Source: Lama glama
Taxonomy: Eukaryota
Direction of reading: 5' to 3'
Assembly: GCA_028534125.1 (NCBI GenBank)
Contig: CM052837.1
Coordinates: 37,696,001 to 37,760,000 of the forward strand
DNA: 64,000 nt
The notes under the pieces were generated by a model. That model ran no database searches and was not told the origin of the DNA. It saw only the letters and a list, made by a program, of their open reading frames with translations. Below are positions 1 to 11,010 of the stretch, piece by piece (positions within the stretch are counted from its first letter, which is position 1; each line of letters starts with the position of its first letter). The position numbers were made by a program, and so were the translations under genes.

Positions 1-493
1 CAGGCAGGGCTGGGGAGGCACGGGGAGGTGCCGGGTGTCCTGGGTTCCAGGTGTTTCTGGGTATGCGTTGGTTGGTCCTTTTCGTGCCTGCATGTGCATG
101 AGGGCAGGTTTGGGCATCCGTGTGTGTGTGTGTATGTGCACGGCTGTGTGTCCACGAGTCCCCGTGGGTGGACACGTGTCCTGGTATGTGACTGCATCTA
201 CACAGCCCATGTGGGAGCCTGCAAGCTGAAGGGGACTGTATCCCTGTGTGTGCACATATGCCTCTGTTTGTGTGTCCCTGTCTGGATATATGTATCTGCC
301 TATCTCCATGGCCCCAGTATGTGTGTGCACAGGTATGCGCCTGTGTCCCTGTGCATGTGGCGGTCTGGGGGTCCGTGTGCCACCGGGCCGTGCACACTGA
401 GCTTGGAGGCCGGGGCTGGTGGGTGTTGGGCACTGTGCTCACATGTCCCTGTGCCTTCCCAGGTACAGGTGGCTCTGCATGTCAAGCGGTGGC

Positions 494-726
494 ATGGAGT
501 CCCTCTTCCCTGCTCCGTTCTGGGAGGTCCTCTACAGCAGCCACCTGCAGGGAAACCTGTCCCTCCTGAGCCCCAACCACAGCCTACTGCCCCCCCACCT
601 GCTGCTCAATACCAGCCACGGTGCCTTCCTGCCCCTCGGACTCAAGGTCACCATCGTGGGGCTCTACCTGGCTGTGTGCATCGGGGGGCTGCTGGGGAAC
701 TGTCTCGTCATGTACGTCATCCTCAG
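494..726 (+). CDS. OPRL1: Nociceptin/orphanin FQ receptor, first coding exon (233 nt; exon probably starts at 463 after acceptor ttcccAG)
   Basis: Translates [78 protein letters not shown]; strong Kozak ggcATGg; donor CAG|GTAGGC at 726/727. Confidence 0.98.
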
Positions 727-1247
727 GTAGGCTGGCCCCCAGCTACAGGGGGAATGGAAGCAAGACACAGGGGCCATTCTGGGCAACCTGGCGCTGGGCA
801 GGGTCAGGCCCGAAGCCCTGGTTGCTCAGCTCCTCAGGGTGGGGCACTTGGTTGGGGGAGGGGCCACCCTGTCCCAGAATGGAGCGTCACCCTGACTGCT
901 GACAGATGACGTTCCGTCTGAGCCGTGGGCCAGGCTCCCCGCCAAGCTGCCGCATGGTTATCTGACTGGTCCCACAGCGACCCCGAGAGGCAGCTCTTGT
1001 CAGTCTGTCCAGGGCTGGTGCCAGGGCAGGTCCCCTTCCCTCCAGCTCCAGGACTCGTGTTCTCTGCTAATACCTGGGCTGATTCCAGCATTTGCTGGTG
1101 CTCAGAATAGGAGTGCTTGTGGGGTTGAGGGGGGCAGCCAGGCTGTTGGGGGGAACATTATAGGGGAACAGTGTGGGTCAGTGTGGGGACACCTTGGGGG
1201 ACAGAGGGGAGACAGCATGGTAAGACAGCATGGGGAGAGAGCGGGGA

Positions 1248-1702
1248 CATGCATGTGTGTGCATGCATGTGCAGGTATGTGTGTGCACGATGTGAGCATG
1301 TGCATATTTGTGTGTACACAAATGTGTGCGCGCACACGTGTGAATGTGGACGTGGATGTGTTCACACATGTGGGAGTGTGTGCACGTATGGGTGTGTACA
1401 TACACGTGAGTGTGCACTGCACCTTGAACAGACCTGTGTGTGCATGCATACAATGCATGGAGTATGTGCATGTTTGTACATATATATGAGTGTGTACACG
1501 AATGTGTGAGCATGAACACGTATGTGTGCACATGGGCACATGTGTTCATGCCTGTGTGTGCACTGTGGGCATGTAAGTGTGTACTGCACAGTGTACCTAT
1601 ATGTGTGCATGTACACACGCACTTGTGTCTGTGTATGTGCCTGTACACGTGTGAGCATGCACTTGTCTGTGTGTATGTGTTGGTGTGTATTATGTATGTG
1701 TT
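1248..1702. repeat. Degenerate (TG/CA/TA)n alternating purine-pyrimidine tract (a similar tract lies at ~90-360)
   Basis: Directly visible. Confidence 0.9.
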
Positions 1703-1886
1703 TGGACAAGGGGCTGGGAGGAGCAGCTGCCGCTTCCCCAGTGCTGACCCCCAGGGAACTAGATTCATGTGCCCCTTTGTGGTTGGAGGGTGTGTTGTGG
1801 GTGAGAAACACAGCAACTGGGGGTGGTTCTGTTCATCCTTTCTGCTGTTAGAGCTTCTCTGTGTCTCTCCTCTGCCCTGGGGCATC

Positions 1887-1932
1887 AGAACTGGCAGAGT
1901 CATAAAAAAAAAAAAAAGAACTGGCAGAGTTA
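1887..1932 (+). mobile_element. Extremely 5'-truncated retroposon insertion: bare poly(A) with TSD
   Basis: AGAACTGGCAGAGTCA - T - A13 - AGAACTGGCAGAGTTA. Confidence 0.75.
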
Positions 1933-2121
1933 CGTCTTGGATCAGAGCAGACAGGGAGGTGGTCTTGTCCACAAGTGGTCCCCAGAGAGCACAATGCGCA
2001 GCAGCCGCTGGGACCACACTGGCCTGAGAGGCAGCACAGTGTATTCCAAGCCAGTGGACTGGGGTGGGCTGCCTCATGCACCAGAAACACCCAAGTTCCA
2101 AGCCCTGCTCTTGTTTAAAGA

Positions 2122-3185
2122 CTGTTTTTTTTTTTTAAAGAGCAGTTTTAGGTTCACAGCAAAATTGAGGGGAAGGTACAGAGGTTTCCCATTTGCTGCC
2201 TGCCCCCCGCCTTCCACAGTCTTCCCAATGATCAATCTTCCCACCAGAACAGGACATGTTTTACAGTTGATGAACCTACACTTGACTGTCACAGCCACCC
2301 CAAGTCCATAGTTTACATCAGGGTTCTCTCTTGGTGTTGCACATTCTGTGGGTTTTGACAACTGTATAATGACACGTACCCACAATTACAGCGTCACACA
2401 GAGCAGTTTCACTGGCCTGAAGATCCCCTGTGCTCTGCCTGCGCACACTTCCCCATTCCCAGGCCCTGGCAAACAGTGATCTTTTTTCTGTCTGCATAAT
2501 TTTGCCTTTTCCAGAACGTCATATAGATGGAGTCACACAATCTAGCCTTTTCAGGCTGGCTTCTCTCACTTAGTTAAATTTTTTTATTGTTGAGTAATAT
2601 TCCATTTTCTGGATGGAAAGTTTATCCATCCACCTACTGGAGGACATCTTGGTTGTTGCCGGGTTTTGGCAATAAAGCTGCTGTAAACATCTCTGTGCAG
2701 ATTTTTATGTGGCTATGAATTTTTAACTCCTTTGGGTAAATACCAAGGAGTATGATTGCTGGATCTTTTGGTAAGAGTCTATTTTGTAAGAAACTGGCAA
2801 ACAGTCTTCCATAGTGGCTGCACCATTTTGCGTTCCCACTAGTCATGGATGGCAGTTGCTTGCTGCTCCCCCTCCTCACCAGTGCTTGCTGCTGTCAGGG
2901 TTCTGGATTTTGGCCATTCTAGTAAGTGTGTAGTGGTGCCTTGTTGTTGTTTTCATTTGTGTTTCCCCGATGCTGCGCGATGTGGAGCATCTTTTCATGT
3001 ACTTACTTGCCGCCTCTGTATCTTCTTCGGTGATGGGTCTGTTAAGGTCTTTGGCCCATTTTTAAGCAGGCTGTTTGTTTCCTTGTTGAGTAGTAGGAGT
3101 TCTTCGTGTGTTCCAGGTGGCAGTCGTGTGTCCGATGTGTGTTTGGCAAATCTCTTCTCCCATCTGTGGCTGGTCTTCTGGTTCT
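2122..3185 (-). mobile_element. Ancient LINE-1 3' fragment (L1MC1-like) in OPRL1 intron
   Basis: Characteristic end agcagttttaggttcacagcaaaattgag; minus-strand ORF2 C-terminal remnants LPKDPAIILLGIYPKELK and WEKRFAKHTSD. Confidence 0.88.
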
Positions 3186-3487
3186 CTTGATCCACTCACT
3201 CTGCTTTTTGCTCGCTCTACGGCCCTGAGAAGGCCACTTAGATCCTCTGAGCTTGAGTGTCCTCCTACATGGAATGGGGATCAAAATAGCATTTTTGAAA
3301 TCTTAAATGAGATAAAATCCAAGTGAAGAGCTTAGCACAGGTATCTGCCACTGTCACCGCCATTGTTACTGGGTCATAATTAAGGCCTCTTTGTGCTTAT
3401 TCTTAGTCCCTCCCTAAGAGGCAGAACTAAAATGTGGATTCCTTCCTGGCAGCTTAATTGACATGGCATACTGTCATCTCTAGCATT

Positions 3488-4290
3488 GTCACTGCCATCA
3501 CCACCACCACCTTCATCATCATTATCACTATCACCATCACCACCACCTTCATAACCACCAACATCGCCATCACCACAACAATCACCACCACTACCATCAC
3601 CGCCTCCACCATCACCACCACCTCCATCATCATCACCACCACCATCTCCATGATCACCACAACAGTCACCACCGCCACTACCACCATCACCTCCACCATC
3701 GTCACCACTGCCTCCACCGTCACCATCACCATCACCGCCACTTCCATCGTCATCACAACCACGACTACCATCATCACCTCCACCATCACCACCACCTTCA
3801 CCACCACCATCACCACTACCCACCACCTTCATCATCATCATCATCATTATCACTATCACCACCACCTTCATAACCACCACCATCACTACTACCGCCGTCT
3901 CCACCATCATNNNNNNNNNNNNNNNNNNNNNNNNNNNNNNNNNNNNNNNNNNNNNNNNNNNNNNNNNNNNNNNNNNNNNNNNNNNNNNNNNNNNNNNNNN
4001 NNNNNNNNNNNNNNNNNNNNNNNNNNNNNNNNNNNNNNNNNNNNNNCGCCACTACCATCATCACCTCCACCATCATCACCACTGCCTCTGCCACCACCAT
4101 CACCACCATCATCACCACCACCATGTCCACCTCCACCACCACCTGCAACACTATCACCACCAAAACTACCACCATCGCCAACATTATCATCCCTGCCATG
4201 ACCCCTACCATCACTGCCACCACCGCTTACCTCCACCATTACCACCACCACTATCAGTACCAACACTCACCACCACCACCATCACAACTA
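3488..4290. repeat. (CAC/CAT)n degenerate trinucleotide repeat spanning gap 3911-4046
   Basis: Directly visible; produces spurious Thr/His/Pro-rich ORFs. Confidence 0.95.
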
Positions 4291-4839
4291 ACAATCCAAC
4301 AGATATTTATTAAGCACCCACAATTTCCTCAGCCCTGTTTCAGGTTCTTAGACACAATCAGACCCCATCAGCACCCGTCCCATCCCTGTCACCACTTCCT
4401 GTCTCCATTGCTAGATAGCAGGGAGGACTGGTTTGCTGTGCTCTTACAGATTCTGGAGCCCTTGGGAACCTCTAGCAGTGGTAGGGCCAGCATTTTGGTC
4501 CATAAAGGGTCTTAAGAGATATTTGAAAGGGAGGAGGGCAGGTTCTTTTGTCTTATGAGCCCTGCCTCTTTGCTTCCATGCAGGGTCAGGCATATGTTCT
4601 GCTACCTGCCATACCCATCTTTTCCAAGGCAGGCCATCTTCAGGTTTTGAACCCTTTTGTGTGTCCCAGAAGTACGTGAAGAATTTGTTGAAATGTTTGC
4701 CTTCAGGCTCCGTGTCCTTGGGCTGGGACCAGGAGCCTACATATTAATGAGGGGTCAGAGTGGGTGCCCCCGTGATGGCCTTTGCTGGAGGCCCAGCAGG
4801 GTGGCCACATGAAGCCTTCCTCCTCCCTGTCCTCTGCAG

Positions 4840-5195
4840 ACACACCAAGATGAAGACAGCTACCAACATTTACATTTTTAATCTGGCCCTGGCGGACACT
4901 TTGGTGCTGCTGACCCTGCCCTTTCAGGGCACAGATGTCCTCCTGGGCTTCTGGCCATTTGGGAACGCCCTGTGCAAGACAGTCATCGCCATCGACTACT
5001 ACAACATGTTCACCAGCACCTTCACGCTGACCGCCATGAGCGTGGACCGCTACGTAGCCATCTGCCACCCCATCCGCGCCCTTGATGTCCGGACGTCCAG
5101 CAAGGCGCAGGCGGTCAATGTGGCCATCTGGGCCCTGGCCTCTGTTGTTGGCGTTCCCGTGGCCATCATGGGCTCAGCTCAGGTTGAGGATGAAG
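4840..5195 (+). CDS. OPRL1: Nociceptin receptor, second coding exon (356 nt, TM2-TM4)
   Basis: Acceptor cctctgcAG at 4838-4839; [19 protein letters not shown]...DYYNMFTS...[11 protein letters not shown]...AQVEDE; donor AAG|GTCAGT; phases match the flanking exons. Confidence 0.98.
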
Positions 5196-5275
5196 GTCAG
5201 TGGTGGCCCCTTCTGTGGTGCCATGCTCCCCTGGCTCCCTGGCCACCTGCCCTGACCCTGCTTCTCTCCCTGCAG

Positions 5276-5799
5276 AGATCGAGTGTCTGGTGGAGATGCC
5301 CACCCCGCAGGACTACTGGGGCCCCGTGTTCGCTGTCTGCATCTTCCTCTTCTCCTTCATCATCCCCGTGCTCATCATCTCTGTCTGCTACAGCCTCATG
5401 ATCCGGCGGCTCCGCGGCGTCCGCCTGCTCTCAGGCTCCCGGGAGAAGGACAGGAACCTGCGGCGCATCACGCGACTGGTGCTGGTGGTGGTGGCTGTGT
5501 TCGTGGGCTGCTGGACTCCTGTCCAGGTCTTCGTATTGGTCCAAGGGCTGGGCGTTCAGCCAGGCAGTGAGACCGCAGTGGCCATCCTGCGTTTCTGCAC
5601 GGCCCTGGGCTATGTCAACAGCTGCCTCAATCCCATCCTCTATGCCTTCCTGGATGAAAACTTCAAGGCCTGCTTCCGCAAGTTCTGCTGTGCCCCTGCC
5701 CTGCGCCGGGAGACGCAGGTGTCAGATCGTGTGCGCAGCATTGCCAAGGATGTGGCCCTCGCCTGCAAGACCTCGGAGACAGTGCCGCGGCCTGCATGA
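5276..5799 (+). CDS. OPRL1: Nociceptin receptor, last coding exon (524 nt including stop); joined CDS 1113 nt = 370 aa
   Basis: Acceptor ctccctgcAG after an 80-nt intron; [15 protein letters not shown]...CWTP...[17 protein letters not shown]...[10 protein letters not shown]. Confidence 0.98.
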
Positions 5800-7316
5800 C
5801 TAGGCGTGGACCTGCCCATGGTGCCTGTCAGCCCACAGAGTCCGTCAACACCCAACACGGAGCTCACCCAGGTCACTGCTCTCTAGGCTGACACATGACC
5901 TGAGCATCACCAGCCTCCGTGGGCTTCCCTGTGGCCTCAGAGGGCCTGCTGACACCATGGGACAGGTTAGAACATTTGGGCTGCCCCTGCGACCCGGGTC
6001 ATACTGAAGCTGCCCTCCCAGTGCAGGGTGGGGAGGGGGTGCAAGGACTCATCTGTGAGCACATGGGGCCAGAGCCATGCTGACACTCTGAAGCTTTGTG
6101 GACTCTTCTGGCCTCTCCCTTGCTGCCCCTGGCTCTGGTGGGCACACACCTGGCATTGTGACAGCAGCTGTGCAGTCCCATGTGCTGCGTGCCGTCATCA
6201 TGGAGCCCTGTGGCATCTCCTCGAGGCAGCTGGATGAGCTTGGCACTGCCTGGAGAGCCCAGCAGACATCTCTGGGCTGTGAGACTCGCCGTGAGAGTGG
6301 CACTCCCTTCAGAGGATTCTCAGTGAGCCTGTTTCCTCCAGGAGGACAACAACCAATTGCACTGCAGATGTGGCCATTCAGGTGTGTGAGGTGGCCAGGA
6401 GGACCTGGGGGGCTGCATGACCACTGCAGCCCACTTCATCATGTGTGAAGCAGCCCCATGTGTGTGATGTGGGGAGTGCTTTGTCGTGCCCCATCTAGGG
6501 GTGCCTGTGTCCCCCTCAGGCTCCTCCTCCCAGTCCTCCTTTTAGACTTCCATCAGAGGTTCTGTAGCTGGCAGGACTCTGTGCCCTGTTTGGGTCCCAG
6601 TGGCCTTGGAAGGTGGCAGTTGGGACAGGTGCTGCTTTGCATCCCCAATTACTTTTACAAGCCTCCAGGTGTCTGTGGGGGTGGCCTGAGCTTTCTGCTG
6701 CCAGGACTTGTCTAAAACTCCAAATCAGAGGATGGTTTCATGGGGAGAGCAGGTATGAGAGGTGGAGTCTGGCAGGTTCTGCTTGAGCAAGGCTACAGGG
6801 ACCATCTGCGCTGGGGGACCCTGGGCTGGGGGTGTTGTTCTGTTGTGGCCACCCAGAGAGGCCCCCTCCCAGTCTGCAGACAGAAGCTGAAGGTTGGTGA
6901 CTTGGCAAACATGCTTTCTGCAGACGAACTATTAAAGCACCTGCAACACTGGAGACACCATTCTGCCTCCACTTGTAAGCTGAGCCGCAGACCCCGGCCA
7001 GGTGACCTCAGCACAGGAGGTCACCTCCTCAGAACAGGAGGCACTGACTCTGGACTGGCCTCTCCTGCTCTGGGGAGCCCTGGCCCTGTGGGATTGGTCC
7101 GGGGGAGGACGGGGCTCTCTCTGTGCTGCCTGCAGCCAGAGGCTCTGAGGACCAGAGCTGCCATGGCTGTGGCATTTTCGTGCCAAAGTTGAAAGATTTG
7201 TGACTCTGTGCCAGTGAAGCACGTGTCTTCTTGTATCTGTGCATGTGAAGTGTGTCATTTCCCCTGCATGTAACCAACCCTGAATCTGTCTCCAGGGGTC
7301 CTGATGCAGGGCCCAT

Positions 7317-7322
7317 AATAAA
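7317..7322 (+). terminator. Candidate OPRL1 polyadenylation signal AATAAA (alternative ATTAAA at 7575-7580)
   Basis: First AATAAA I found after the stop codon, ~1.5 kb downstream, preceded by TGTA elements. Confidence 0.55.
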
Positions 7323-8229
7323 CCCCTGCACACCGGCCAGGGCACTCCGCCCATAATGGGTGTTTCCTTGGAGGGATGTTGGGGTAACCTCTCTGGGATG
7401 AGCATGTGGGCTGTAGGTTGACTTATCCTTCCATCTGCTCTGTGCTCCTCACCTGACCAGGCTCTGTCCTTGGCAGATGGTCCCCCCGGGAGGCTCCCAC
7501 TTTGGGAAGCAGCCAACCTGGTCGTGATGTGCTGGGGAGCTGTCGCCTTTCTGTAGCAGAGTTTCTCCCCAAACATTAAACACTGCACAGCCTGCCCTTG
7601 CAGCCGGAGGTTCTCACCGATCCAGTGGGCCGGTGCTCCCCCATGGCGGGTCATGAATTTTCTTCACCCCATTTAGTCTTAGCAGACTGCCCCGCCTCCA
7701 GCTCTTTTCTGCCTCCTTGAGCCTATCCGAGGGACATTTGGTGACAGATGAACAGAACAGCCTCCTTTGGCGGCCCTGGGATTCAGATATCCTCCTGGCT
7801 CCTGTGTGGGCCCAGTTCTGCCCGGGGTTGAACCTGGGGCAGACGACCCTGTCAGAGAGGGGCTTTGGGTGGGGTAGGGGGGAAAGGGAGTGGGCAGGGA
7901 GGGTGAGCTTGGTCTCAGTGTTTGGGCACAGGCAGATGGGCCAACGTCCGGTTTCATATACGTTTTAATGACAAGCAAATTGTTAACCCAAACAATTTAG
8001 CATCAAGGGAAGGCCGGGGTGGGGGGCACTCAGTGGCAGTTAGCATGGGGGGGGCGCTCAGGGCACTGTGAGGTCCTGGCGGAGAAGGCGGCTCAGAGTG
8101 GTTTCCTGGAGGCTGTGATGATCCCACCGACCAGGCCGACCCCACAGCAAGTGTCTGCGCTCGTCTCTGTCCAGGCTGGGCTGAGGGGCCAGCCAGCAAC
8201 CCGGGGACCTGGGAAGCAGGACCACGGCT

Positions 8230-9300
8230 CGCTCCCTCTCCGCATCTGCGCGCGGATCCCACGGTTCCCGCCTCCGGCCCCGCCCCTCCAGGCCCCTCCC
8301 TCGTCTCCGTCCTCGCCCCTAGCCCCCTGCGGCGCCCCCACTAGCTGGGTTGGGTCAAGTTCCCCGGTTTCTCTGATCCTCGGTTTCCTCTCTTGAGCGA
8401 AGGGGACACTGAACCTCCCTTGCGGGGTTGCTGGGGAAGGCCGAGCGATGGGAAGGGGTCAGCGGATCCCTCGGCCTCAGGGAAACCGCCGGCTCACCTG
8501 CGCTTTGGACTTTGCCCACCAGGGGCGCCGTGGCCCGCGGGAGACCCCGCCCAGGGGCCGCGCTGGGCCGCGCTGGGCGGTGCTGGGCGGTGCTGGGCGG
8601 TGCTGGGCCCGGGTCCGGGACAATGTCCGTGAGATTTGGGAACTGGAAGTAGAGCGCCAGCTCTCCCTGGGACCAGGAGCCCAGAGCAAGGAGACACTCG
8701 CTGCCCGCTCCCCACCTCATGTCTGGAAGTCACGGTGAAGGCGGGGCATTTTCCTCGGGGTCTGCAACTCACTAGGGCAGGATCCTGGTGAGGCTTCGCC
8801 TCTCTCCTCCATCTTGGCTCCCTCACCCTTGGGCTTTTGCGGGGGTACCCGCCCTCTCGGATGTCGGGGTGGGCGGGGGTCTGTGCCTGATCTGCCTCGG
8901 TGTTCCCAGTGCACGACTGCTAGGCTACAGATGGGGCAGCAGCCACCCCGCGGAATAAAGGGTGTGAGGTCTAATGAGGAGCCTTGGTCGGCACCTTCTG
9001 TGCTGTAGGGATGTTCTGCTGGGGCCAGATGGCACACTGGGGACAGGGTGGGAGACTTGCCCTGGCGCGGCGCCCCTCCTCCGGCGTTCCCGGAGGCGTC
9101 TCGGCCCCCGCTGCTCGGCGCCTGCTCGCGCCGCGTTTGCACCGCGCGCATTTACACCTCGCTGCGCTGGGCCCGCTGCGGGCGTAGCTGGGGTGTGGGA
9201 GTCGCTACTTCTCCTCTCAAGGAGCTCTCAGGGCACAGGATGAGCGCTGACAGGGTAATTATGGCTGCTGCTGGGAGAGGTGTGACTGCTGCGCGGCAGG
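8230..9300. promoter_or_regulatory. CpG-island-like segment between the 3' ends of OPRL1 and NPBWR2
   Basis: Visibly dense CpG (8230-8620, 9060-9250), GC box ccccgccc; the surrounding DNA is CpG-depleted. Confidence 0.75.
8561..8610. repeat. 10-bp tandem repeat (YGCTGGGCSG) x5
   Basis: cgctgggccg cgctgggcgg tgctgggcgg tgctgggcgg tgctgggccc. Confidence 0.9.
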
Positions 9301-9369
9301 AACAGCCAGTTCTTCCTGGGAGAGAAGCAGCTGCAGGTGGGGGTTTAAGTGCCCACAGCCCCTGAGTGT

Positions 9370-9775
9370 GGGCTGGCCTTGGGGGCTGCTTCTGAGGAGC
9401 AGGCTGTGGCTGAGTGGCTTCAGAGATAGGCCTTGAGAGGTGTTGAGGCTCCCCTGCTCTCTGTCCGATGCTGCCCTGGGGACCTGTGCTCTGTCCTGCA
9501 GACGCCCAAGCAGCCCTGTGGACAGTCCACGGGGTGAGGAGCTGAGGCCTGCTGCCAGTGGCCATGTGGTGGACCGGCTTCTCCAGCCCCAGTCCAGCCT
9601 TCAGGTGACTGAGGCCTTGGCCGGGGTCCTGACTGAAATCTCACAGAGACCCTGAGCCAGAGGCAGCGGAGAGTTGCTCTAAGATTCCTGATGGACAGGA
9701 GCTGGGAGATAGGAAATGTCGTTCTGAGCTCTGAGTTGGGGGGAAATTTGTTATACTGCAGTAGCTTGCTAATAA
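9370..9775 (+). mobile_element. MaLR solo LTR (MLT1F/G-like)
   Basis: ccagccccagtccagccttcaggtgactg...agagaccctgagccagag...aatttgttat resembles MLT1 consensus; boundaries approximate. Confidence 0.7.
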
Positions 9776-11010
9776 GTTGTTGTTGGGAAGATAACAGGAT
9801 GGAGGCAGTGTCTGAGTTGTTTCAGGCTGGGAGCGAGGAGGGAGAGTGATATGGGCCTGAGCCATTGGGTAGGGGAGGCGGCCATGCGCCGTGGGGGCCA
9901 CCTCACCTGGTGGTGAAAGATGGGTCCTGCTTGTCATCTGGACAGACTGGCCAGAGCCGTGTCACAAGGACTGAAACCAACCAGGGGCCCCGTAAGCTTA
10001 GAAGGGTTACTGGATGCTGGGCAGGTGGCTCACGGGACAGCACAGCTGGAGCTCCGGGTTTGGAAGCCACTGGGAGCCATGGGGCCAAGAGCAGGGGGCC
10101 TGGCAGAGCCCCACCAAGGTGGTCTTCAGGGGCCTGCCCCTTGCCCCTCCCAAGTGGCAGAAAGCGGTCTCTGAACAGCCGGCATCTCAGTGCCCTGCCC
10201 AACCCCTGGAGGCCTGGCGTGGAGGCCCTGCCATCTGAGTCTAGGCCCCAGGCCACACACAAGCCAGGGAGGAAGGGGTCCAGATGCCAGCCTGTCGAGT
10301 GACAGATGCTTCCTCTGGACTGTGGGGGTCCAGAGGTCCTGGCAGAAGGGCCCTGGGTCCTATAGCAGGACGGGGCCACAGGCAACGGCTTGGAGGGCAC
10401 AAGGGGGCCTGGGCCTCACTCAAGGAGCCAGGAGGGGATGTGGGCACAGGCCTCCTGGCAAAACATCACCTGAGTTTCAGCTGTGAGAGTGCACTTCGTG
10501 GCCTCAGTGGATGGGCGTCTTTGTCTTTTCAGTGGCGCCTGCCTTTGCTGCCCCAGGGGTCCCACTTTTGTCACTCCCAGTCCTGTGTCAGGAGGAACCC
10601 AAGGGACCCTGATGGTAGGATGCAGAGCCGGCCCCAGGGCGAGACCACAGCTCGGGCTTCTCTCCTCCAGATTGCGGACGTCAGGGAGGATGAAGAAGGA
10701 GCTGACCAGGGAGGTGGTCTGTCCCTCTGTGGCTGCATATGGCCAGGATGTCTTGGTGCTGGATCTTCTGTCTGGGTCTGCAGGCAGCATGGGGGGCCAG
10801 GACCTGAATCCCTGCAGCTGACCACCCAGGGGCTGTCCAGGGGGCAGAGACATGTGTTAAGTCCATGTCATCTCTGCAGGTCCAATGGCCAACTTTTGTG
10901 AGTCTTTATCTCTCTGCCTAGAGAAGACAGTGACAGGATGTGAACAAGTGGGATATTCCTTGAACAGGACAGTGCTTTTCACGAAGTCTGGGTCATGGCA
11001 GGAGGGGTGC

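Noticed and set aside
28-2101. Long Cys/Val/His-rich ORFs (28..909, 1178..2101 etc.)
   Set aside because: Arise from TG/CA low-complexity tracts and off-frame overlap with the OPRL1 exon
3380-4515. Mucin-like Thr/His/Gly-Asp-rich ORFs
   Set aside because: Translations of an intronic (CAC/CAT)n repeat, open in many frames and spanning an N gap
8316-8530. CTCF-like motifs (CGCAGGGGGC on minus strand; CCACCAGGGGCGCC)
   Set aside because: Imperfect spacing or mismatches in very GC-rich DNA; cannot be supported without a PWM scan or ChIP
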